This document shows positions 1-9,679 of a stretch of 64,000 bases of DNA, in pieces. This DNA comes from Chitinophagaceae bacterium (lineage in GTDB: Bacteria > Bacteroidota > Bacteroidia > Chitinophagales > Chitinophagaceae). The stretch lies in assembly GCA_036383515.1 (NCBI GenBank), contig DASVOE010000077.1, positions 7,741 to 71,740 on the forward strand. Reading direction: 5' to 3'. The first letter of the stretch is position 1. Every line of letters starts with the position of its first letter. Below the pieces are notes generated by a model that was not told where the DNA came from, did not search any database, and was given only the letters and a program-made list of their open reading frames with translations. The position numbers and the translations under genes were made by a program.

Positions 1-748
1 TCCGACGGGTTTCCTTATCTACTTTGTTCAACGAATAGATCAGCGGAAGGGTTAATTTTTTTTCTTTGATGTCATTGCCCGTTGGTTTGCCTACGTTTTC
101 GCTGGCATAATCGAAAAGATCGTCTTTTATCTGGAAAGCAATGCCGGCTTTTTCGCCAAATTGCCGCATTTTTTCGGTGATTGCTTCATTTTTACTGGTA
201 CTCCATGCACCAGCTGCACAAGCTGATGCTAATAATGAAGCCGTTTTATTACGTATAATTTCAAAATAAATATCTTCTTTCAGGTTGAGGGATCGGGCTT
301 TTTCCAGCTGTAAAAGCTCTCCTTCGCTCATTTTTCGTACTGCGTCAGAAAGAATATGAAGAATTTTATAATCATTATTATCCAGAGAAAGAAGCAGTCC
401 TTTGGCTAGCAAATAATCACCAATCAGCACATTTGCCTTGGCTTTCCATAAAGCATATGTAGAGAAAAATCCACGCCGTTCCATCGAATCATCCACAACA
501 TCATCATGCACCAGGGTGGCGGTATGCAACAATTCAACAAGCGAAGCAGCCCTGTATGCAGCATCATTAATCTCACCGCATAATTTGGCGGAAAGCAATA
601 CAAACATAGGTCTCAGCTGTTTTCCTTTTCGTTTTACAATGAAACGCATGATGCGGTCGAGGAGGGGGGTATTGCTTTTGGCTGCATCTTTGAAATGAAG
701 TGCAAAGGTCTTTAATTCCTGGTCAATGAGGTCTGTTGGTAACTGCAT
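1..748 (-). CDS. polyprenyl diphosphate synthase (trans-isoprenyl diphosphate synthase family); 3' end runs off the window
   Basis: Reverse-strand translation from the ATG (rc of 746-748) reads MQLPTDLIDQELKTF... Both Asp-rich motifs are present (LVHDDVVDDS and FQIKDDLFD). The + strand ORF 438-698 is its antisense shadow. Confidence 0.85.
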   Translation of the reverse strand, partial: MQLPTDLIDQELKTFALHFKDAAKSNTPLLDRIMRFIVKRKGKQLRPMFVLLSAKLCGEINDAAYRAASLVELLHTATLVHDDVVDDSMERRGFFSTYALWKAKANVLIGDYLLAKGLLLSLDNNDYKILHILSDAVRKMSEGELLQLEKARSLNLKEDIYFEIIRNKTASLLASACAAGAWSTSKNEAITEKMRQFGEKAGIAFQIKDDLFDYASENVGKPTGNDIKEKKLTLPLIYSLNKVDKETRR

Positions 749-872
749 GGATAAAAAAGAGCAATTTACGCCTCAAAAAAATAATTACTACATCATGCAT
801 CAAAATGGACCAATTTAGTGACTAAGTAATTGAAAAATAACAACGATATGCCTTAAATAAATTTTGCAAAAA

Positions 873-903
873 TTTGGTTTTTAACCTCCAAGTCATATTT
901 TTG
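873..903 (+). promoter_or_regulatory. candidate Bacteroidota sigma-A promoter (-33 TTTG / -7 TAnnTTTG) for the OmpA-family gene
   Basis: TTTG at 873-876, a 19-nt spacer, then TATTTTTG at 896-903, about 45 nt upstream of the ATG at 947. Confidence 0.4.
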
Positions 904-946
904 CTTTTTATTAGGACATTGTTTTCGTAAATCTTAATCCTTAGTT

Positions 947-2623
947 ATGGCAAGCAAGAAGTATCTTTTGTTGATGGGGGCCGCATTCTGCCTCGCGTTG
1001 AGTTCGTTTTCACAGGTAAAGATTGGAACCACATATGATTCCACTCAAATACCTGCTAAAAGAATGCCTCAGCACAATGAGTTTTTACAGGGAGCTAATA
1101 ACTTCCCCGCCAAACCCCGCAACCAATGGGAAATAGGCGTTAAACTGGGAACGTTCAACGTTAGCGGTGATATCCCTTCTCAATTTGCATTTCCAAGTTT
1201 CGGTCTTCATGTAAGAAAAGCATTTGGATATGTTTTCTCCATGAGGCTTGAATACATGTACGGAACAGGTAAAGGATTGAGCTGGCTACCATCCCAAAAT
1301 TTTTCCGATAATGACCCATGGATAGCAGCTGGCTATTCAGCTGTTTATCGTAATAATAGTGGTCAGATCGTATCAAGTTTGCCGGGAAATCCTAATGCAC
1401 CAATTGAGTCGATTTATTATAATTATAAAACCAAAACCCAGGATTTATCCCTTCAAGGTGTTGTTACACTTAATAACATCCGTTTCCACAAATCAAAAAC
1501 TGGTTTCAACTTCTATGGTTTTGCGGGTGTGGGTGCTACAGTGTATGATACCAAAGTAAATGCCCGCAATGCCAGTGGTGCCAAATATAGTTTTGCTGGA
1601 ATTAGCGGTGGTGTATATAAAAATAGAAAAGACACAAAAAAGGCATTAAAGAATCTGATGGATGATTCATATGAGTCAGCTGCAGAAAACCAGGGAGAAC
1701 GCCGTCCAAAATTATTTGGAAATACACTTAAGCCCTCAGGTACCGTGGGTATGGGTATAGCTTTCAAATTAAGTAATCGCCTTAACCTTGCTATTGAAGA
1801 TCGTGTAACATTTATCAAAGATGATTTATTAGATGGTCAGCGTTGGCAAGAGCATGCATGGGGCAATCCTGTATTGACCCGTGACTTCGATTCATATAAT
1901 TTTGCTTCGGTTGGTTTAAATATTAACCTGGGTGCTAAATCAGTTGAACCTCTCTGGTGGTTAAATCCGCTGGATTATGCTTACAGCGAAATCCGCAACC
2001 CACGCTTAATGCGTTTACCAAAACCAGTTTTACCTGATAGCGACGGCGATGGTATCACAGACCAGTTCGATCAGGAACAAACTCCACAAGGTTGTCCGGT
2101 TGATAGCCACGGTGTAAGCCGTGATACAGATGGTGATGGTGTACCTGATTGTAAGGATAAAGAACTGATCACTCCTACTTATTGTCAGCCAGTAGATGCT
2201 GATGGAGTTGGTAAGTGTCCATGCCCAGAAGGTTGTGTTGGAGTTGATACTACTAAGAAAGGTTGTGACGAGTTACTTGGCGCATTACCAAGCGTTTCTT
2301 TCAAAGCTAGTTCTAACGCACTTACTGATGATGCAAAAGCTGTATTAGCTACAGTAGCTGCTAAAATGCGTAACAATCCTGAATGTAAAGTGGTAGTTAC
2401 CGGTTATTGCTCTTCTACTAAGAAAGAACAGCAGTTAAGCTGGGATCATGTGAACAAAGTAATATCTCACATGGTTGAAAAAGAAGGCCTGAGCGCTGAT
2501 CGCTTTATCTTCAAATATGGTGAAGAAGGTGATTGTAACACAGTTGATTTGCGTGCAGCCAGTGAAGGAGAAGAAGGTCCTAATACTGTAACTCCTCCGC
2601 ATCCGAACTTACGTAAGAATTAA
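947..2623 (+). CDS. OmpA-family outer membrane protein with thrombospondin type-3 (calcium-binding) repeats
   Basis: Signal peptide (MASKKYLLLMGAAFCLALSSFSQ). TSP3-like repeats DSDGDGITDQFD and DTDGDGVPDCKD. C-terminal OmpA-like region (SVSFKASSNALTDDAK...). Confidence 0.75.
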   Translation: MASKKYLLLMGAAFCLALSSFSQVKIGTTYDSTQIPAKRMPQHNEFLQGANNFPAKPRNQWEIGVKLGTFNVSGDIPSQFAFPSFGLHVRKAFGYVFSMRLEYMYGTGKGLSWLPSQNFSDNDPWIAAGYSAVYRNNSGQIVSSLPGNPNAPIESIYYNYKTKTQDLSLQGVVTLNNIRFHKSKTGFNFYGFAGVGATVYDTKVNARNASGAKYSFAGISGGVYKNRKDTKKALKNLMDDSYESAAENQGERRPKLFGNTLKPSGTVGMGIAFKLSNRLNLAIEDRVTFIKDDLLDGQRWQEHAWGNPVLTRDFDSYNFASVGLNINLGAKSVEPLWWLNPLDYAYSEIRNPRLMRLPKPVLPDSDGDGITDQFDQEQTPQGCPVDSHGVSRDTDGDGVPDCKDKELITPTYCQPVDADGVGKCPCPEGCVGVDTTKKGCDELLGALPSVSFKASSNALTDDAKAVLATVAAKMRNNPECKVVVTGYCSSTKKEQQLSWDHVNKVISHMVEKEGLSADRFIFKYGEEGDCNTVDLRAASEGEEGPNTVTPPHPNLRKN

Positions 2624-2652
2624 AATTTCTCTTGATACTTTTTGCTGATAGA

Positions 2653-2679
2653 CCCTCCCTTTACAGGGAGGGTTTTTTT
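2653..2679 (+). terminator. rho-independent terminator
   Basis: CCCTCCCT / AGGGAGGG stem with a TTAC loop, followed by T7, 30 nt after the stop codon. Confidence 0.8.
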
Positions 2680-2799
2680 GCCTTTTATTGGTTCGGGATT
2701 CCTGTAAAAGCCCCTTTATCAAAATCTTAACGACGATCATTTGGCCACTTATCTTTTTTCCGGAAGTTTTGCCACTATCTATTAACTTTGCCAACCTTT

Positions 2800-3615
2800 A
2801 TGCGTTTTCTATCCGTTTTAATAATAGCGATCATCCTGGTTAGTTGTGGTGGCGGGATGAATAAGATCCTGAAGAATCCTGATCCTGAGTATAAGCTCAG
2901 GATGGCTGAACAGCTCTTTGTAAAAAAGAAATATAATAAGGCCCAGCTGATCTATGAGGATATCATGCCCTACTTCAAAACCGGAAAGGAGTTTGAAAAT
3001 ATCTATTATAAGTATGCCTACTGCGCTTATTACCAGTTGGACTATCTTAATGCAGAGAACCTTTTTAAAACCTTTTTAGAAATATTTCCCAATAGCCAAC
3101 GATCAGAAGAGATCGATTATATGAGGGCGTATTCATTTTATAAGCAATCGCCCAAACCGGAGCTTGATCAAACGAACACAATAAAAGCGATGGGTATGAT
3201 GCAGACCTTTATCAATACTCATCCCGGGTCAGCCAGGAATAAAGAGGCCAACGGGATCATTGATATCTGCAGGCAAAAGCTTGAAATAAAAGCCTATAAG
3301 AGCGCACAGTTATATTATGATCTTGGGCAGTTCAGGGCAGCTGGTGTATCTTTTGCTACTTTGCTGGATGATTATCCTGAATCAACAAAAGGAGATGAGT
3401 ATAAACTGATGATCATTAAATCCTATTACCGCTATGCACAATTGAGTATTGAAGAGAAAAAACCAGAGCGGTTTGAAAAAGTGATCACTGAAGTCAATGA
3501 GTTTGTGGATCGTTTTCCTGAAAGCAAACTGAGAAAAGAGGCAGAAGTTTTTTTAAAGCAATCGCAAACAAATATTAAAAATTTAAGCAATGAGCAAATT
3601 AAGACGCCAGCTTAG
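2800..3615 (+). CDS. bamD: outer membrane protein assembly factor BamD (TPR lipoprotein)
   Basis: Lipoprotein signal MRFLSVLIIAIILVSCGG and TPR-like repeats throughout. ATG 2800 is preferred over the TTG at 2788. A TAACTTTG -7-like box lies at 2783-2790. Confidence 0.7.
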   Translation: MRFLSVLIIAIILVSCGGGMNKILKNPDPEYKLRMAEQLFVKKKYNKAQLIYEDIMPYFKTGKEFENIYYKYAYCAYYQLDYLNAENLFKTFLEIFPNSQRSEEIDYMRAYSFYKQSPKPELDQTNTIKAMGMMQTFINTHPGSARNKEANGIIDICRQKLEIKAYKSAQLYYDLGQFRAAGVSFATLLDDYPESTKGDEYKLMIIKSYYRYAQLSIEEKKPERFEKVITEVNEFVDRFPESKLRKEAEVFLKQSQTNIKNLSNEQIKTPA

Positions 3616-3931
3616 TGCAGGCATCACTAACAATGTAGAGACCCGTAACCTGGATGACATAAAAGCCAAAACGGGGAATCTGTATGAATCTATTGCCATT
3701 GTGGGCAAAAGGGCTAACCAGATCAATATCTCGTTGAAGGAAGAGTTGCATAATAAGCTCGAAGAATTTGCAAGCCATACGGATAGCCTCGAGGAAATTC
3801 ACGAGAATAAAGAGCAGATAGAAATATCAAGGGCATACGAAAGAATGCCTAACCCTGCACTTTTGGCTACCCAGGAATTTATGGAGGATAAAGTGTATTT
3901 CCGTAAGGGCGAAGATGAACTATTCAGTTAA
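3590..3931 (+). CDS. rpoZ: DNA-directed RNA polymerase subunit omega (Bacteroidota type)
   Basis: Small acidic protein with an omega-like core (NLYESIAIVGKRANQI). It sits directly after bamD, a common Bacteroidota arrangement, and overlaps the bamD end by 26 nt. Confidence 0.55.
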   Translation: MSKLRRQLSAGITNNVETRNLDDIKAKTGNLYESIAIVGKRANQINISLKEELHNKLEEFASHTDSLEEIHENKEQIEISRAYERMPNPALLATQEFMEDKVYFRKGEDELFS

Positions 3932-4016
3932 TTGGGTCTGTAAGAATATTTTTAATTGGCGATCTGCAATCTGTGGATCGCTTTTGCTTTCTATAAGGAA
4001 ATAGTACTTTTGAACC

Positions 4017-5213
4017 ATGTTGCAGGGAAAAAAGATATTGCTGGCTATCACCGGCAGCATTGCTGCTTATAAATCTATTTACCTTGTCCGGTTATTGATA
4101 AAAGCTGGTGCACAAGTAAAAGTGATCATGACACCGGCCGCTAAAGATTTTGTTTCCTCTCTTACCCTTTCAACTCTTTCCAAAAATCCTGTATTAATTG
4201 ATCTCTTTGATGAACAGAGCTGGTCCAACCATGTAATGCTTGGCAGATGGGCTGATGTAATGCTGATAGCTCCGCTTAGCTGTAATAGTTTGGCGAAAAT
4301 GGCAAATGGACAGTGTGATAATTTATTACTGGCTACTTACCTTTCTGCTACCTGCCCGGTAGTTACCGCACCTGCCATGGACGAAGATATGTGGCAGCAT
4401 CCGGCAACTAAAGCCAATCTTCAACAGCTTGAATCGTTCGGCACCCGGATCATTCCTGTAGAAAAAGGTGAACTGGCAAGTGGCTTATATGGTGACGGCA
4501 GGATGGCAGAACCCGAGCAGATCCTAAAATATATCACCGACACTTTTTTTTTGCGTCGTCCATTAAACGGTAAAAAAGTCCTGGTTACGGCAGGCCCTAC
4601 ATACGAACCTATCGACCCGGTTCGTTTTATTGGCAATCATTCTTCAGGTAAAATGGGAATGGCCATCGCAAAAGAAATGTACGAACAAGGAGCAGAAGTC
4701 ACTCTTATAATTGGTCCGACATCACTTAACCTAAATTCAAATGGGATAGAAATTCAAAAGGTAACTACGGCAGCCCAAATGCTCGAAGCCTGTGAAGCCA
4801 GTTTTCCCAATGTGGATATTGCGGTAATGTCGGCTGCAGTGGCAGACTATACACCGGTTAAAACGGCTACAGAAAAAATAAAGAAGAAAGAGACTGACAT
4901 TACGGTGGAACTTACAAAGACAACTGATATTTTAAAGAGTCTCGGTACAAAGAAAAAGAAAGACCAGGTGCTTGTTGGGTTTGCTTTAGAGACTACGGAT
5001 GAAAAGAAACATGCACTTGAAAAATTAGAAAAGAAAAATGCTGATCTCATTGTTTTAAATTCTCTGAATGATGCAGGAGCCGGCTTTGGTTATGACACTA
5101 ATAAGGTCACTATATTCGGACGGGAAGGGCAGGAGTTTCGTTTTGATAAAAAATCAAAAGCCGAAGTAGCGAAAGATATCGTTGCCACTATAATTAAACT
5201 ATTTTATGCATAA
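4017..5213 (+). CDS. coaBC: bifunctional phosphopantothenoylcysteine decarboxylase / phosphopantothenate-cysteine ligase
   Basis: N-terminal flavoprotein domain (ILLAITGSIAAYK) and C-terminal DFP domain with IGNHSSGKMG. Length is 398 aa. Confidence 0.92.
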   Translation: MLQGKKILLAITGSIAAYKSIYLVRLLIKAGAQVKVIMTPAAKDFVSSLTLSTLSKNPVLIDLFDEQSWSNHVMLGRWADVMLIAPLSCNSLAKMANGQCDNLLLATYLSATCPVVTAPAMDEDMWQHPATKANLQQLESFGTRIIPVEKGELASGLYGDGRMAEPEQILKYITDTFFLRRPLNGKKVLVTAGPTYEPIDPVRFIGNHSSGKMGMAIAKEMYEQGAEVTLIIGPTSLNLNSNGIEIQKVTTAAQMLEACEASFPNVDIAVMSAAVADYTPVKTATEKIKKKETDITVELTKTTDILKSLGTKKKKDQVLVGFALETTDEKKHALEKLEKKNADLIVLNSLNDAGAGFGYDTNKVTIFGREGQEFRFDKKSKAEVAKDIVATIIKLFYA

Positions 5214-6123
5214 AAAGATCATTTTTATTCTTGCTCTTGTTATCTCTGTTACCAGGATACAGGCCCAGGAGATACAGGCAAGACTCACTGTTTTGACCAG
5301 CAAGATCAGCACCAGTGTTGACAAAAAGATCTTTACAACTTTGCAGACTACACTAACTAATTTTCTGAATAACCGGAAATGGACAGGTGATGCTTTTTCT
5401 CAGAATGAAAAAATACAATGCAATTTTTTGCTAAGCGTAGAGAAAGAGCTGGGGAGCAATATTTATAGCGGTAAGCTGACGGTACAGGCAGCCCGCCCGG
5501 TTTTTAATACTTCTTATGACTCTCCCATTATCAATTTCCTGGATGATGATATTGTATTCAGGTATATTGAATTTCAACCGGTAGAATTCAACGAAAACAG
5601 GGTACAGGGAAGTGATCCGATGGCTGCTAATCTCCCTGCTATACTGGCTTATTATGTCAATATTATTCTTGCACTTGATTACGATTCATTTTCTCTTCGG
5701 GGCGGTGATACCTATTTTCAAAAAGCATGGAATATTGTGAACAATGCTCCAGAAGGAAGAGATATCACCGGGTGGAAATCATTCGAAAGTATGCGCAACA
5801 GGTATTGGCTGGCAGAAAATTTTAATAACAACCGCTTTGCCCTGGTGCATGATGTATTGTATGCTTATTATCGTTCCGGTATGGATGTTTTTTACGAAAA
5901 TGAAGAAAAGGGGCGGAATGGAATATTGAATAGCCTGAACTTTCTCAATACCATCAATGCAGAAAACCCTAACTCCATGCTCATGCAGTTTTTTTTCCAG
6001 GGTAAAAGTGGAGAATTGGTGAAGGTATTTAGTAAGGCCACACCTGAAATAAAGACCAGGGCGAAAGATATACTCACCCGTCTTGATATTACCAACGCTT
6101 CTGCTTACAAAGAATTGAAATGA
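5206..6123 (+). CDS. DUF4835-family secreted protein (PorD-like, T9SS-associated family)
   Basis: Signal peptide. The position after coaBC is typical for this family. Family assignment is from memory of the sequence pattern, not from a search. Confidence 0.45.
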   Translation: MHKKIIFILALVISVTRIQAQEIQARLTVLTSKISTSVDKKIFTTLQTTLTNFLNNRKWTGDAFSQNEKIQCNFLLSVEKELGSNIYSGKLTVQAARPVFNTSYDSPIINFLDDDIVFRYIEFQPVEFNENRVQGSDPMAANLPAILAYYVNIILALDYDSFSLRGGDTYFQKAWNIVNNAPEGRDITGWKSFESMRNRYWLAENFNNNRFALVHDVLYAYYRSGMDVFYENEEKGRNGILNSLNFLNTINAENPNSMLMQFFFQGKSGELVKVFSKATPEIKTRAKDILTRLDITNASAYKELK

Positions 6124-6524
6124 GAGCTTTTATTTTACTTGTATCTGCAGTCTTTTTATTGGCCTGTAATAGTAATAGACTTCCCAAGGGAGTATTGCCT
6201 CCCGAAAAAATGGAAACGGTTCTTTGGGACATGATACAGGCCGATGAGTTTCTTCGCAACTATATGCTTACGATTGATACCAGTTTGAACGATACAACTG
6301 AAAGTATCCGGATGTATGAAAAAGTTTTCCGGATGCATAAAACATCAAGACAGGAGTTTAAAAAAAGTTTTGATTATTATCGCACCCATACTTCATTGAT
6401 AAAAAAGGTGCTTGATTCATTGAATGTAAAATCAACCCAGGTACCTCCTGAGGTGAATGAATCAAAACCCTCAGAGAAAATAGATAGCGCTGCCCTGCGT
6501 AAAAAAATAAGAAAACCATTGTAA
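6120..6524 (+). CDS. small lipoprotein, DUF4296-like
   Basis: Lipobox LLACN and the pattern LPPEKMETVLWDMIQADEF. Overlaps the upstream stop by 4 nt. Confidence 0.4.
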   Translation: MRAFILLVSAVFLLACNSNRLPKGVLPPEKMETVLWDMIQADEFLRNYMLTIDTSLNDTTESIRMYEKVFRMHKTSRQEFKKSFDYYRTHTSLIKKVLDSLNVKSTQVPPEVNESKPSEKIDSAALRKKIRKPL

Positions 6525-6583
6525 CCTGGCAAAGGGCGAACGGATTATCGATTGAACTTCCCTAATTTTATTTCCTGATTATT

Positions 6584-7288
6584 TTGCATATGAATAAAGT
6601 CGTTACAGATGCTGAACAAGCTATTGATGATATACTGGATGGAGCGCTATTGATGTTGGGCGGTTTTGGATTATGTGGTATTCCTGAAAATTGTATTGCA
6701 GCGTTGGTAAAAAAAGGAGTGAAAAATCTAACCTGCATTTCTAATAATGCAGGCGTAGACAATTTTGGTATTGGACTCATGCTGATTCAAAAGCAGGTAA
6801 AGAAAATGATTTCATCTTACGTAGGAGAGAATGCAGAGTTTGAACGGCAGTTGCTCAGTGGTGAATTGGAAGTGGAATTGATACCACAGGGGACATTAGC
6901 TACACGTTGCATGGCCGCTGGGTATGGAATGCCGGCCATTTTTACTCCTGCCGGCGTAGGCACTGAAGTAGCTACAGGAAAGGAAATAAGAAATTTTAAA
7001 GGAAAGGATTATTTACTGGAATTAGCTTTTGATGCTGATTTTGCGATTGTAAAAGCCTGGAAAGGGGATACCCAGGGAAACCTTATCTATAAAGAGACAG
7101 CAAGAAATTTTAATCCTTTAATGGCGATGGCGGGTAAAATAACTATTGCCGAAGTAGAAGAGTTAGTAGCACCGGGTGAATTGGATCCTGCTTGTATTCA
7201 TACACCGGGTATTTATGTGCACCGGATTTTCCAGGGCAGTAATTATGAAAAGAGAATTGAACAGCGAACGGTGCGATCTCGTCCTTAA
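6584..7288 (+). CDS. scoA: 3-oxoacid CoA-transferase subunit A
   Basis: [10 protein letters not shown] motif, about 234 aa, followed by the B subunit. Confidence 0.9.
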   Translation: MHMNKVVTDAEQAIDDILDGALLMLGGFGLCGIPENCIAALVKKGVKNLTCISNNAGVDNFGIGLMLIQKQVKKMISSYVGENAEFERQLLSGELEVELIPQGTLATRCMAAGYGMPAIFTPAGVGTEVATGKEIRNFKGKDYLLELAFDADFAIVKAWKGDTQGNLIYKETARNFNPLMAMAGKITIAEVEELVAPGELDPACIHTPGIYVHRIFQGSNYEKRIEQRTVRSRP

Positions 7289-7406
7289 AAGGATTTTAAA
7301 AAATAAGTAATGAGGAATTTTATTCAGCATTCATAAAAGAATAAGTTTTTAATTGATTAAAGTAGTAAAGTCTTCCTGAAGTAGAGAAGAATCAGGGATC
7401 TGAAAT

Positions 7407-8063
7407 ATGGCACTAACCAAAGAACAAATTGCGCAGCGCATCGCCCGGGAATTAAAAGATGGCTATTATGTTAATCTCGGCATTGGTATTCCTACCCTGG
7501 TAGCAAATTATATTCCGGCCAATATAGATGTAGTACTGCAAAGCGAAAACGGGTTATTGGGCATGGGACCATTTCCTTTTGACGGTGATGAAGATCCAGA
7601 CCTGATCAATGCCGGCAAACAAACAATTACTACTATTCCCGGTTCAGCATTTTTTGATTCTGCTATGAGCTTTGGAATGATCAGGGCAGGCAAGGTTCAC
7701 TTAACGGTATTAGGCGCTATGGAAGTGAGTGAAGAAGGCGATATAGCCAATTGGAAAATTCCGGGAAAAATGGTCAAAGGCATGGGTGGCGCTATGGACC
7801 TGGTCGCCAGTGCCAAAAACATCATTGTGGCCATGATGCATAGCAACCCCAAAGGCGAATCGAAGTTATTACCCAAATGCACTTTACCTCTGACAGGTGT
7901 AAAATGCGTAAAGAAGATCGTTTCTGATATCGCCGTGGTAGATATTACTTCGGAAGGATTTAAATTACTGGAAAGAGCTCCCGGTGTATCCGTGGATGAA
8001 ATAAAAGCGAAGACAGCGGGTAAACTAATAATAGAAGGCGATATACCTGAAATGCAATTTTAA
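7407..8063 (+). CDS. scoB: 3-oxoacid CoA-transferase subunit B
   Basis: Catalytic-Glu motif LQSENGLLGMGP. Length is 218 aa. Confidence 0.9.
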   Translation: MALTKEQIAQRIARELKDGYYVNLGIGIPTLVANYIPANIDVVLQSENGLLGMGPFPFDGDEDPDLINAGKQTITTIPGSAFFDSAMSFGMIRAGKVHLTVLGAMEVSEEGDIANWKIPGKMVKGMGGAMDLVASAKNIIVAMMHSNPKGESKLLPKCTLPLTGVKCVKKIVSDIAVVDITSEGFKLLERAPGVSVDEIKAKTAGKLIIEGDIPEMQF

Positions 8064-8101
8064 TCAGTCCGAAGTCCGCAACTTTTAGTTTGCAGCTTTT
8101 T

Positions 8102-8752
8102 CTAATCAATCAGGTTATTTTTTACTGCAAAGAAAACCAGGCCTGCGGTATTCTTGCTACCAAAGCGTTCCATTAACCGGTCTTTGATGGCTTCTACAGT
8201 ACGTGGACTGATTTCCATTTTTTGTGCAATTTCCTGGGCTGTAAATTCCATGCATATAAAACGAAGCACATCCTTTTCTTTATCGCTAAGCGTTATTTCG
8301 TTATTTAGGGAAGGCACTACTTTTTGGCGGGAATGAGATTTCTTCAATAAAATGCGGTTCACAAAATTATTGAGATAATAACCTTTTTCATGTACTTCCA
8401 TAATAGCCCGGCGAATTTCCTGGGGCTCTGCATTTTTAAGCAAATAGCCATTGGCGCCATTTTCCATCAGGTGATAGACAAATCGCTCATCTTCGTACAT
8501 ACTTAAGACCAGTACCTTTATAGCAGGGTATTGTTTGCTGATGGCCTTGGTAGCTTCAATACCATCTTTTCCGGGCATCCGAAGATCCATCAGCACCACT
8601 TCAGGTTGCGATTCAGGGATACCGTTTAGCAAATCATCCCCGTTCTCGGCTTCCTGAACGAATTTGATATTGGTAAAAGGACGAAGTGAAAGTATGACTC
8701 CTTTCCTAAAAATCTTATGATCGTCTGCAATAGCTACCTTAATGAATCCCAT
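8102..8752 (-). CDS. NarL/FixJ-type response regulator (REC + LuxR HTH), paired with the upstream kinase
   Basis: DD...D phospho-acceptor pattern (IADDH, LMDLRMPGKDG) and a C-terminal LuxR-type HTH (LSDKEKDVLRFICMEFTAQEIAQKMEISPRTVEAIKDR). Confidence 0.9.
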   Translation of the reverse strand: MGFIKVAIADDHKIFRKGVILSLRPFTNIKFVQEAENGDDLLNGIPESQPEVVLMDLRMPGKDGIEATKAISKQYPAIKVLVLSMYEDERFVYHLMENGANGYLLKNAEPQEIRRAIMEVHEKGYYLNNFVNRILLKKSHSRQKVVPSLNNEITLSDKEKDVLRFICMEFTAQEIAQKMEISPRTVEAIKDRLMERFGSKNTAGLVFFAVKNNLID

Positions 8753-8831
8753 AATACAAGATGTTGAACAAAGTTAATAGTTTACGGATTACAAGATGAT
8801 CAAGTTCACAGGCTTGCAGGTTATTTAAACT

Positions 8832-9656
8832 TTATTGATACGGTTCATCTTTCGGCAGCTCGATGGTGACTTTATAATACGTTTGCGAAATATCTTTTTC
8901 AAAATTAATATTGCCCTGTACCACCCGAAGTCTGCTGCTGATATTTTTCAGACCTAATCCTACCGTACTACGATTGAGTTTATCAAAGTCTGCCTGCACA
9001 ATACCCCTGCCATCATGATGGATGCGGAGATAAAATTTATCACCATGCACATTCTGGGTAAGATGAATAAAACTGGCGCTGCTATGTTTCAGGATATTAT
9101 TGATCAGTTCCTGTACAATGCGGAAGATCACTAATTCTTTTTCAGCCTTCAACCGGTCTTTGTATTCATGAAAACGGCTACTGGCATTAATGCTGCCCGA
9201 ACCGCTTATCTTTTGAAAAAGATCATTCACGGCAGATTCCAACCCAAAATTCTTGAGGGTTGGCGGCATAAGGCTATGGCTGATATTACGGATCAATTGA
9301 ATGGTATCATCAATGATCTGCCTGGCCTGGAAGATTGATTGCAGTTGGGTTGATTTATCCTGGTTCACCAGGTTTTCATTTAAATACAACCGGGCAGTGG
9401 CGAGTAGTGGTCCGGCATCATCATGCAGATCGGCAGCAAGCCGCTGGCGTTCTTCCTCCTGTAATTTGATAGAAGCATTCAGCAATATCTTTTGCTGATC
9501 CTGTTCCATCTGTTGTAGTTTAGTCTGAAATCGAATTACTCTTCGTTGATGAAAGATGATAAAAATAACAAGGCTTATGGTAAGCACCAGCATCCCGAGT
9601 GTGCCCAGGAAGAGCACAGCAGAAACTCCGGTTTTGGTGGCTTGAAGAAAGAACAT
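8832..9656 (-). CDS. sensor histidine kinase (HisKA_3 + HATPase_c) with one N-terminal TM helix and no obvious sensor domain
   Basis: H-box ERQRLAADLHDDAGPLL, N-box ELINNILKHS, G-boxes HDGRGI and GLGLKNISSRL. Confidence 0.88.
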   Translation of the reverse strand: MFFLQATKTGVSAVLFLGTLGMLVLTISLVIFIIFHQRRVIRFQTKLQQMEQDQQKILLNASIKLQEEERQRLAADLHDDAGPLLATARLYLNENLVNQDKSTQLQSIFQARQIIDDTIQLIRNISHSLMPPTLKNFGLESAVNDLFQKISGSGSINASSRFHEYKDRLKAEKELVIFRIVQELINNILKHSSASFIHLTQNVHGDKFYLRIHHDGRGIVQADFDKLNRSTVGLGLKNISSRLRVVQGNINFEKDISQTYYKVTIELPKDEPYQ

Positions 9657-9679
9657 AATTAAGGTTAGTGGTGTTTGGG

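Noticed and set aside
438-698. 86-aa plus-strand ORF at the left edge.
   Set aside because: It is the antisense shadow of the clearly recognisable polyprenyl synthase gene on the minus strand.
3590-3615. 26-nt overlap between the bamD end and the putative rpoZ start.
   Set aside because: No alternative downstream start exists for the omega-like ORF, and the overlap is compatible with ordinary translational coupling. It is not evidence of a frameshift or a fusion.
7289-7406. Unusually long (118-nt) AT-rich spacer between the CoA-transferase A and B subunit genes.
   Set aside because: No hairpin, repeat or ORF of note lies within it. It is most likely just spacer DNA.
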